A DNA stretch of 64,000 nt from an uncultured Alphaproteobacteria bacterium (GTDB lineage: Bacteria; Pseudomonadota; Alphaproteobacteria; ATCC43930; CGMCC-115725), in contig CAVZQT010000004.1 of assembly GCA_963777435.1 (NCBI GenBank), positions 960,730 to 1,024,729 on the forward strand. The letters are read 5' to 3'. The position numbers and the translations under genes were made by a program. The notes under the pieces were generated by a model. It was not told the origin of the DNA. It saw nothing but the letters and a program-made list of their open reading frames with translations, and did no database searches. This document shows, one piece after another, positions 27,975-35,833 of the stretch. How positions within the stretch are numbered: the first letter of the stretch is position 1; each line of letters begins with the position of its first letter.

Positions 27975-29264
27975 TTAGTTACCGACAACGATGCAGATGC
28001 CGTCGCCACCCGCCCCGCCAGCGCCAGCGGTTCCGGTCGCCGCGATGACCGCGCCACCACCACCGCCACCAGCGCCGTAGCCGCCTGTCCCGCCCGTGCC
28101 CGCCGTTGAGGCGGCTGTTCCAGTGTTGCCACCGCCAGCGCCAGCGCTGCCGTTGGCGCCCCCGATCGTCGGATTGGAGGGGCTGACGCCGTTGCCGCCG
28201 CTCGAGGTCGTTGAGCCGGTCGTGTTGGTGCCTCCGGTCGGGGCAGACAATTCGCTCGGCGCGATACCGCCGGCGCCAGCCATGCCGCTGGTGTTATTGC
28301 CGGCGCTGCCCCCGCTGGGGCCGCCATAGAGCCCCCCGTAAAGACCGGAGCCGCCGGCCGACGGGCCAGCGCGGCCAGTGAAATCATTGTTTGAAAGGTT
28401 GAGACCAGCCGTTGAGGCATTGACGCCATACGTCCACGTCGCTGCCGCGCCATTGAAATTGGACGCTGCGGCTCCGCCATAGCCGGTGACAAAGCCACCA
28501 AAGCTGGAGTTGCCTCCGGCCGTGCCCGCATTGTAACTAGCCGCCGTCGACACCGTGCCGCCAGCACCGCCTTGCCCCACCGTGACGGTGACGCTCGAAC
28601 CTAGCAGCGAGGCTGGGATCGTCGCGATTGCACCCGCGCCGCCGCCCCCACCACCCCCACTGAATCCCGAGGTCGATACCTCGCCGCTGGCCCCGCCACC
28701 GCCAGCACCCAGGCAGTAAGCCGTCACATAGCTGATGCCGGACGGCTTCGACCATGTATAGGTGCCGTGCCCAGTATAGACATTGGTAAAGCCGGTGGCC
28801 CCGCCGCTGCCGCACCCGAACTGACCGAGCGCCACATAATACGAGCCGCTCGGGCCACCGGACGCGATGACCTTGCCGATCGTCTGACCTGAGCTCGGGC
28901 AGGTTGAAGCGCCGGTATCATGCCCATAGCCGCCGGTCGTGCTCGAAATCTGCACGAAATCGCCGGCCGTCCCGCTGCCATCGAGGAGCAATGCCGCCGT
29001 TCCGTTGGTGGCAATCTGTGCGCTGCCCGATGTCCCGCAGCCGCCTACGCATACGCCGCGAACCCCGTTGCTGTCGGCAGTCGCCGCAATGACTGCGTTG
29101 CCACTGCTGTTGATCTTGGTCAGGGTGTAGAGTGTCGTTCCAGTCGTGCCGGCATTGGTCCGGTCTTCAAGCAGCCCGTTCTGCGTCGACAGATCCAGAC
29201 CTTGCGCCCAGGCTGGCAATGCCGCGACCGAGGTCAGCAGCCCAAGGATAAACGATCTCTTCAC
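27975..29264 (-). CDS. secreted glycine-rich domain protein (fibre-type YTW..P.G / GGGGG module)
   Basis: GTG start at 29264 with AAGGAG 6 nt upstream. Signal peptide VKRSFILGLLTSVAALPAWA. Contains YTWSKPSGISYVTAYCLGAGGGGASG...VTVTVGQGGAGG and a long Gly-rich C-terminus. The track ORF starts at 29483. Confidence 0.7.
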   Translation of the reverse strand: MKRSFILGLLTSVAALPAWAQGLDLSTQNGLLEDRTNAGTTGTTLYTLTKINSSGNAVIAATADSNGVRGVCVGGCGTSGSAQIATNGTAALLLDGSGTAGDFVQISSTTGGYGHDTGASTCPSSGQTIGKVIASGGPSGSYYVALGQFGCGSGGATGFTNVYTGHGTYTWSKPSGISYVTAYCLGAGGGGASGEVSTSGFSGGGGGGGAGAIATIPASLLGSSVTVTVGQGGAGGTVSTAASYNAGTAGGNSSFGGFVTGYGGAAASNFNGAAATWTYGVNASTAGLNLSNNDFTGRAGPSAGGSGLYGGLYGGPSGGSAGNNTSGMAGAGGIAPSELSAPTGGTNTTGSTTSSGGNGVSPSNPTIGGANGSAGAGGGNTGTAASTAGTGGTGGYGAGGGGGGAVIAATGTAGAGGAGGDGICIVVGN

Positions 29265-29281
29265 GGTAGCTCCTTTGCACA

Positions 29282-30018
29282 TCATTGGTGCGCAATCGCT
29301 ATTGAGACAACGGACCCGATCGCCGAGGTGAATAAGTAAGTATTCGAAAATGTTCCGGAGGCCGGGATTGGTCCATTGCTGTCGAAGATATAAGGGAACG
29401 AATAAGCTACGCCGTGAACGACGCTTGTCAGGGCGCTGTTCGTCCAGCTTATCGAGCCCCCACCGAAACCACCGATCACCCATGTATTGAGACTATTTGT
29501 TGTGACGTCGCCGGCCAGGCTGTTGGCGGATGTGGCCCCTGTCGTATGGGTTGTTGCGGCGCTGTCCAGGCCGAAAGTCTTGACCCCACTGTAATCCGCC
29601 GCGACGGCCAAGAGGTACGTGTCAGAGCCAGTGTTATTCTGGCTGACGACGAGTTGTACGTCCCGATTGATGGACTGAAGAGATAGTAGAGGTATTGGCA
29701 GCGAAGGCCGCCGGTGGCTGCACCAATCAACTTCCCAGCCTGTATCATCGCCGCGCCGTTGAAGGTCACCCCGGTAACGTTATCCGCGGACGATCCGTAG
29801 GCGCCGGAGATCGATACGACCAGCAGGTTCGACAGGGGCTTGGTCGTGTAGCTCCTTGTCATGGCGCCGGACGCACCGCCATTATTCCCCAGATCGGCTG
29901 ACCCTTGGCGGACAATACCGGTGCGTTGGTCCCCCACAATGCCCATGAGCTGAGCCGTCGCCAGCCTCGGGAGAAGCAGCGGCGCTGGCATGGCGAGCAG
30001 TAGGCGGCGCCTGAGCAT
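29282..30018 (-). pseudogene. secreted protein gene, frameshifted
   Basis: N-terminal frame 29476..30018 (MLRRRLLLAMPAPLLLPRLATAQ..., protein-like up to ..CQYLYYLFSPS). The C-terminal part lies in another frame (..INRDVQLVVSQNNTGSDTYLLAVAADYSGVKTF..., track ORF 29282..29611). Confidence 0.6.
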
Positions 30019-30776
30019 CAGTTGTACCCGTAGGAACAGGTCAACGCGGTTCCTGGAGCGATCGACCCGGTCGCAGTGGTTGTCGCCGCGTAGCTTATTG
30101 CTGTGCCGAATTGCTCGCCCGGAAACGGCATTGTGAAGCCGCCATTAAGGGTCGCCGGCACGGGGACAACATCGACCGGCGTCGAGGATCCGAGCGTGAC
30201 CGAGCCCGAGGCGATATTGAAAATCTGCACGTAGGCCACGGTCGCGTTCGGGTTGTAGCAGAGCATCTTGCCGAGCTGTCCGGCGCTCGATTTGATTGAG
30301 GTAACAGTGGTCGAGACCGCCGCGGTGATGCCGGGCGTCCATCCGCCTGAGGTTGTGAGCGCTCCCGTTACGGCGCCGATCGTGTTTGAGCCAGCCGGAA
30401 GCGCCGCATTGACCTGAACGCCGTTGGTGCTTCCGGGCGTCGTCTGATCGATCCCGACCTTGCCGATAATGGCGGACCCCGCCGTTAAGGAACCGAGCGC
30501 ATTGGCCCCCGCAGGCAGTGGCGAGTTCGGCGACAGGCTGACGACGGCGGCCGGATCAGTCGCCACAGCTGCGGTCGAGGCTGCTTTGACCGCCCCACAA
30601 TTGGCCAATGCCGAGCCGTCGCACACCGCAATCTTAGAGCCAAGATTGCCGCTGCCATCGGTCACGGCGTCGAAATTCGTGCCGGACCCAACCGTGACAG
30701 CATATGTGGTGCTGCCAGCCCAAGCCTGGGTCGCCGTGAGCGCCAGCAATGCGCCGGCGAGGAATTGCTTGATCAT
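30018..30776 (-). CDS. secreted T/S/G/A-rich protein
   Basis: Start at ATG 30776 (ATGA overlap with the upstream stop). Signal peptide MIKQFLAGALLALTATQAWA. The track ORF starts at 30842. Confidence 0.65.
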   Translation of the reverse strand: MIKQFLAGALLALTATQAWAGSTTYAVTVGSGTNFDAVTDGSGNLGSKIAVCDGSALANCGAVKAASTAAVATDPAAVVSLSPNSPLPAGANALGSLTAGSAIIGKVGIDQTTPGSTNGVQVNAALPAGSNTIGAVTGALTTSGGWTPGITAAVSTTVTSIKSSAGQLGKMLCYNPNATVAYVQIFNIASGSVTLGSSTPVDVVPVPATLNGGFTMPFPGEQFGTAISYAATTTATGSIAPGTALTCSYGYN

Positions 30777-31069
30777 TGGAGCACCGTTGGAACAGAGACC
30801 GAGCTGCACGCGGTATTGACCGCCAGGTTCAGCACGCCGCACAGTGTCGGGCCACCGTCGGAATCACCGCCGACGACCTGGACATAACTGCCGTTTGGCA
30901 GGTAGACGAAGCTGCCGTTCGGCAAGTAGACAAAGGTGGACGGCGCGGTAGCCGTCGAATTGCTGCCGGCGCCGAGGATCAAGAAAGCCCGCGCCACACC
31001 CGCCAGAGTGATGGTAGCGACCAGGACTGCGAACCCACACTCGGCGGCGCGTCTAATCAACCGCTTCAT
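30773..31069 (-). CDS. small secreted protein with an FVYLPNGS duplication
   Basis: Start at ATG 31069 (TGATG overlap). Signal peptide MKRLIRRAAECGFAVLVATITLAGVARA. 98 aa. Confidence 0.55.
   Translation of the reverse strand: MKRLIRRAAECGFAVLVATITLAGVARAFLILGAGSNSTATAPSTFVYLPNGSFVYLPNGSYVQVVGGDSDGGPTLCGVLNLAVNTACSSVSVPTVLQ
30887..30934. repeat. 24-bp tandem duplication (2 copies)
   Basis: ACTGCCGTTTGGCAGGTAGACGAA / GCTGCCGTTCGGCAAGTAGACAAA, 20/24 identical. It encodes the duplicated FVYLPNGS in the 98-aa secreted protein. Confidence 0.85.
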
Positions 31070-32091
31070 CAGCTGGGCTTCAAAAAGACCGTGATGCCGC
31101 CGATCGCGGCCCCGGTGCCCCAACCAGATCCCGCGGTCTGCAGACAGATCGAGGTGCCATTGGAGATGGTCGGAGTCCCGGAGGTGATGGTTTGGTTATT
31201 GGTGGCTGAGCCATTGGCGTTGAACGACGTCGAGATCGCGGTTCCGGCCGAGCAAAGCGTGCCGGACGCGGCCGAATTGACTGTGATCGTCGCCGTCGCA
31301 CCCTCGGCGACCTCGACCCGCCCGACGATCGCCTGCACGGTGTAGGCGCCGCCGCTCAGATTGGTGAAGACCGTGGCATTGTTCGGGTTCTGGCCGGCGA
31401 CCCAGCCGATCGCTACTGGGATCAGGGTCGGCAGGTCGGCATTGACGATCGCTCGCGGCGTCATCGCCCCCGACGATCCATTGGGCGCCGCGAGGAAAAG
31501 GTTGGCCGTCTGACTCGCACCCGTCACCGTGAGAGTGCCGCCGGTCCCCGTCAACGGAGATCCCGAGACCGAGAAATAGGACGGCATCGATAGCGCGACC
31601 GATGTAATTCCGGCCGACGGCAAAAATCCGACGTAATTGGTGCCGTCCGGGTCCGCGATGCTGAAGCAGGTATTGGCCGGGATCACCAGCGACGACGAAC
31701 CGTTGACCGTGCTTGGGCTGGTGACGGTTAAGGTGTCGGGCTGAGCTGTCGTACAGATATCGACCGAGAACCCCGCGCCAAAGCCGGTGGTCGATACGTT
31801 CGGCAAGGTGTCGGCGGTGGTGCCCGAATAAGTGCGTTTGACAACCTTGGTGTTGTCACTCGCGGCAATGGTGTAGCCGGAGCCGCCCTGAGTGTTGGCC
31901 AGTAATGTGGTCCCGACCGTGCAGCCGGTCGGCGCTGCGCAGGATGCTCCGCCATTCAGCAGGACATTGGGGGTCGCGGCCGTCAGGCTGGTAATGCCGC
32001 GGATGATGCTTTGCGCGTCGCCTCGACCGATAAACCCGATCCCCGCGATCAGCGCCGCGGCACCAGTTACCGCCCATAGGACCTTACGCAT
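31069..32091 (-). CDS. secreted fibre-like protein
   Basis: Signal peptide MRKVLWAVTGAAALIAGIGFIGRGDA. The internal segment SVSGSPLTGTGGTLTVTGASQTANLFLAAPNGSSGAMTPRAIVNADLP resembles a repeat common in phage tail-fibre proteins. Confidence 0.65.
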   Translation of the reverse strand: MRKVLWAVTGAAALIAGIGFIGRGDAQSIIRGITSLTAATPNVLLNGGASCAAPTGCTVGTTLLANTQGGSGYTIAASDNTKVVKRTYSGTTADTLPNVSTTGFGAGFSVDICTTAQPDTLTVTSPSTVNGSSSLVIPANTCFSIADPDGTNYVGFLPSAGITSVALSMPSYFSVSGSPLTGTGGTLTVTGASQTANLFLAAPNGSSGAMTPRAIVNADLPTLIPVAIGWVAGQNPNNATVFTNLSGGAYTVQAIVGRVEVAEGATATITVNSAASGTLCSAGTAISTSFNANGSATNNQTITSGTPTISNGTSICLQTAGSGWGTGAAIGGITVFLKPS

Positions 32092-32605
32092 AAGCTTCGG
32101 TCACGTAGGTGGCACTCTGATTGCCACTCGAATAGGCGGCGAGCGCGGCACCGCAATTGTTGTAGAGCAGCACCGCGCAATAGGTTGGGACATTGCCGAT
32201 CAGCCCGCGGATCGATTGCCAGCGCGTCTGGTAAAGGGTAACACCCGATTGCATTGTCAGGGTGTCGATCAGTGCCAGAGCCGCGGCCGCCGGATCAAAT
32301 GCGAGCCAGCCGGAAAGGGCCGTCGATTGATCCGAGGTCGAATTCGGGTCAATTCCGCCCGGCCATATCGAGCTGTCCTCGCTAAATAGAAGATAGCGGG
32401 AGATCGTGTTGCCGGCCGTAACGGTGCCAGTCGCAATTTTCCACGGCGGCAGGATGATGTCGCCAAAGGGTTGACTGATTGTTCCGGGGCTGATGACCCC
32501 AAGTCCTTTCGCCTGCCCATTGGCCAGGCTGCTCAGGTTGTCCGGCGACTGGTTCGGGCCCTTTGGCCACGTCGCTGCCGTCGCCCGCGACCACGGGTTG
32601 CTCAT
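32084..32605 (-). CDS. hypothetical protein
   Basis: 173-aa ORF with no signal peptide. Overlaps the next gene by 8 nt. Confidence 0.55.
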   Translation of the reverse strand: MSNPWSRATAATWPKGPNQSPDNLSSLANGQAKGLGVISPGTISQPFGDIILPPWKIATGTVTAGNTISRYLLFSEDSSIWPGGIDPNSTSDQSTALSGWLAFDPAAAALALIDTLTMQSGVTLYQTRWQSIRGLIGNVPTYCAVLLYNNCGAALAAYSSGNQSATYVTEAYA

Positions 32606-32651
32606 TATTTGGACGGGCCTTTCTCATATAGCGACGGTTCGCTCCGGGCGA

Positions 32652-32855
32652 TCACCGCGTGACAATCCGCAGCCCAAAGGGACCAAAATTGTGCTCTACA
32701 GTGTCTCCGGCTGCATTGCGTAGCATGCACAGCCCGGTTTCGACCGAGGCCGACAGGATCACCCCCGGCAGATCCTGCATCGTGTCGGTACGGACGATTT
32801 TGTAACGGCGGCGATGGACCTCCGGATCAACAGGAGTCAAGCGCATAGGCAACAT
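32652..32855 (-). CDS. 67-aa hypothetical protein
   Basis: ATG at 32855 preceded by GAAGGAGG with 7-8 nt spacing: MLPMRLTPVDPEVHRRRYKIVRTDTMQDLPGVILSASVETGL.... The longer track ORF (to 33113) overlaps the upstream gene. Confidence 0.5.
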   Translation of the reverse strand: MLPMRLTPVDPEVHRRRYKIVRTDTMQDLPGVILSASVETGLCMLRNAAGDTVEHNFGPFGLRIVTR

Positions 32856-32973
32856 CGCTTTCGCCTCCTTCGAGACAGAATCAGCAGAACGGCAATAAAG
32901 CTGGATAGAAACCTTCAATGCTCTTTGCGCTGAATTTTCAACGCGGTCGCACTGATTTTTGAATATGGCTAAT

Positions 32974-34074
32974 TTAGATGGTCGTGCCCTGAGTCCGTAT
33001 ATCCGCAGAGCCCTTGTAGGCGGCGGTTCCGGCTGGCAAGGAGAGGCGTAACCAAACGCCTTGCGCACCCGCGGCGTTATTGCCGGGGGGAAGGTTCCCG
33101 GCCCCAGGCACATTTATGAAGGCCGGTTGAGCGATGAATGAGCTGAGGCCAGTCGGCAAGAACCCCGATGATTGCTGACGCGGATTGGCCGCGTTGGTGT
33201 CATTCAGCGATGTACAGAGGCCGATATCGAGTAACGCAACAGAAGGGAGCGTCGGCGCCTCAAGGGCAACTTCGATCTGCGCTCCGGTCAAAGCTGTAGA
33301 GGCGTTCGTGTTGACCACAAACACCTTTTCGTAGAAATAGCGAGCCGATCCACCCGGTACATCCGCTGCTAAGGTCCAAAAACAGCGCGTAATCGCGGTT
33401 ACCGGATTCGGGCTGATCTCGAACAGCATACCTTGGAGGATGTCGTAGCTCGTGGCGTTCGTTGGGATGGTTACCCAATCACGGTTTACAGCGACGACGT
33501 CGGTTCCATAACCGGATGTCGCAACAATCATGCGCAACTGGTATTGCACGCCAGCCGGGGTGTTGTTCAAAATCCGAATGATCATCCCGGGCGACACACT
33601 AGCGCCGTCGCCCGATTGCAATTTGAACAGCGGCGGCGTGGTGCCGGATGTGTTGGCGGCGCCGGTTTGCGCCGTATGGCCGGCAATGACCTGTGTGCTC
33701 GCATAGAGAGCTACATCGCCAACTGCCGGCGTTCCGGTCGGATTACTCAACACGGCGATCGATCCGCCCGTAATGACCGCCGCACCGATGCGCTCAAAGA
33801 TCTGGGAGGAACCGATGCTGGCTACCGGAGTCGTTCCCGTGAGGGTGATGGCTGGGGGCGTTTGGATGACACCCGACGCGTCTCGGCCAGCGACCTGAAG
33901 CTTGGTTGCGATGTCGGAGGACGAACTCGACACTGCCGACAATTGCCCATTTGGGCTGATGTCGTAAAAGGCGACGCGCTTAGTGAAATCGACCGCGCCG
34001 CCGACCATCGCGCCATCGGCTTCCGGCATATTCGCCGAGCCGTATACGACAATATTGTTCGGAGTGACACTCAT
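32974..34074 (-). CDS. hypothetical protein (366 aa)
   Basis: GAGGAG precedes the ATG. T/S/A/G-rich and beta-type, with no signal peptide. First gene after the AT-rich gap downstream of the portal. Confidence 0.6.
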   Translation of the reverse strand: MSVTPNNIVVYGSANMPEADGAMVGGAVDFTKRVAFYDISPNGQLSAVSSSSSDIATKLQVAGRDASGVIQTPPAITLTGTTPVASIGSSQIFERIGAAVITGGSIAVLSNPTGTPAVGDVALYASTQVIAGHTAQTGAANTSGTTPPLFKLQSGDGASVSPGMIIRILNNTPAGVQYQLRMIVATSGYGTDVVAVNRDWVTIPTNATSYDILQGMLFEISPNPVTAITRCFWTLAADVPGGSARYFYEKVFVVNTNASTALTGAQIEVALEAPTLPSVALLDIGLCTSLNDTNAANPRQQSSGFLPTGLSSFIAQPAFINVPGAGNLPPGNNAAGAQGVWLRLSLPAGTAAYKGSADIRTQGTTI

Positions 34075-34362
34075 ACGCGTTGTCTCCTCAAGTCCAGAAG
34101 GACAAGGATGTAAAAAATATTGCAGTTAAACCGATTTGATCAGTTCATATCCGATCTGATAGTTCGCCTCCTGCGACTTTTATCAGAGGTGCAGGGCTGC
34201 TTATGGAAGGCGCTATTTCCGTATTCCTAACTCCGACGAGCGGTATCGCGCTCATACTGTTCAATTCGTCCGAAGGTAATATGAAGATCTACGATCCTAG
34301 TGATGATCATTAAGTTAATATGACACCGCAAGGAAACTTAGACGATTTAAGAGGTGCGCGTC

Positions 34363-35707
34363 CTAATGTAATTGCTGATTGTCTCCGCCAACTGGAGGGA
34401 GTCCAAAAATCTCCCGGGCTTCATTCAAGGTATAGATTCCATCTTTTACGTAAATGTCGAGTATTGCCGCTTGATCCTTCGGGTTCGCAGGCTGCACGTC
34501 GGTCCACACAAACTCTAGGTCCGAGTGCCCCATCCGGTCCTGAATGACACCGTCTACTAAGCGTTTGACCCAGCCAGTAAGCGGCGCGAGTCCCTCTTCA
34601 ACTGCAGTCTCTTGGGCAGATTGCGCTGTCGCGCGATTCACTTGCGCGGTAAAGGCAGTGGGTGGTAGTGAAAAAGCATAGCAGACGATGCGCGCCAGCC
34701 ATTCGTCGAACTCATCCTTGTATGGCGCTTCTTTGAAAGCCTGGTATTTGGCCCCGGTCGGCGCCCAGATGAGGCGCGTCCGATTGGCGGAATTACCGGC
34801 CAGAATCGAGTTCGAACCACTCCTGGAACTGCCTAATCTGTTCGGCACTCCAGCCGTCCGGAGCATTAACCAAGCCAGGGGGGACGTTTCCGTCCGTGAA
34901 GTGCTGCAACTGCATTACTTGCCGCCGCAGGCCGATATTGATCGTCATGATTATTTGTTCGCAGGGGCCAAAGCCATACGCCCTATGAGGCCGCCGATTC
35001 CGAGGCATATAAATCAGTTCGTCGGACGTAAGCAGCTTCCAAGGCCGCCCGTGAATGATCTGCTCGTAACCTGGCGCAGGCGGTCGGGGACGACGTCCCG
35101 TGTCGTCAATTAGCACCTTGATAGTCGATCCGTCGACGACATCAAGCCCGATCACGTCTCCGGCGCGGTTACGGCGCACCTCTAAACAGGGGGCATCCAG
35201 TACCAAAAGGTCCTCGAGCAATTCGCGCAGCCAACTAGCGAAGGGCTGGTCGCCATCAGGCTTTCGCCAGAAATCAGTCAATCCGGATATGCGCTCCGGT
35301 GCGTCGTTTATTGGCTTCGCCGCCTTCCGAGCCCGAATTCTCCACTCGAGCTTTTCGATTTGATCCTTTCGCGTTTCAATAGCCAGCCGTGTAATATCGT
35401 GATTTTCGGCCAACCCGCGAAGATCTTGAAACCCGATTGGCTCGTAGGCGCGTGGTGTATAAATTGTATTGTAGCCGACCGGAAAATCCCAAACTCGAAC
35501 GCGTTCGCGTTCGGGTGGGACCAGCGGGTAACCGGGTGAGAATATTCCCTGGTCGGGTTGAAATATTTGTCGATACGCGGTGATGTCGTTTTGCGAACCC
35601 ACCCCGCCCCAGCTATATGAAGCGAGCGAAGTGCGCTTTCCTCCAGGAAAGCTCATAATAAAACTACCCGACAACTCGATGCAATAAGTTTGCCACAGCA
35701 TCACCAT
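34363..35707 (-). pseudogene. portal protein, split by a +1 frameshift
   Basis: The N-part 34793..35707 ends ..PDGWSAEQIRQFQEWFELDSGR*. The C-part is in the +1 frame (..ILAGNSANRTRLIWAPTGAKYQAFKEAPYKDEFDEWLARIVCYAFSLPP...). Together they give a portal-like ~430 aa. The likely true start is MSFPGGKR at 35656. Confidence 0.75.
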
Positions 35708-35833
35708 ATGTATCTAACTGATCTGGAACCTGACCCACAGCGGTGCTCGATGCTGTGGGGATGGGGCCGCCACAGCCTTGAGTTAAAAACTTCGTCGCAA
35801 GACCTCAGAGGGCAGAAGGGTCGGTGATACTTG

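Noticed and set aside
26586-29130. Many long ORFs on the opposite strand or in alternative frames of GC-rich genes, e.g. 27671..28567, 26586..27140, 28920..29339, 38742..39458, 43638..44120, 45172..45825.
   Set aside because: These are typical GC-rich shadow ORFs: Arg/Ala/Pro-rich, without motifs, and fully overlapped by ORFs with clear family signatures.
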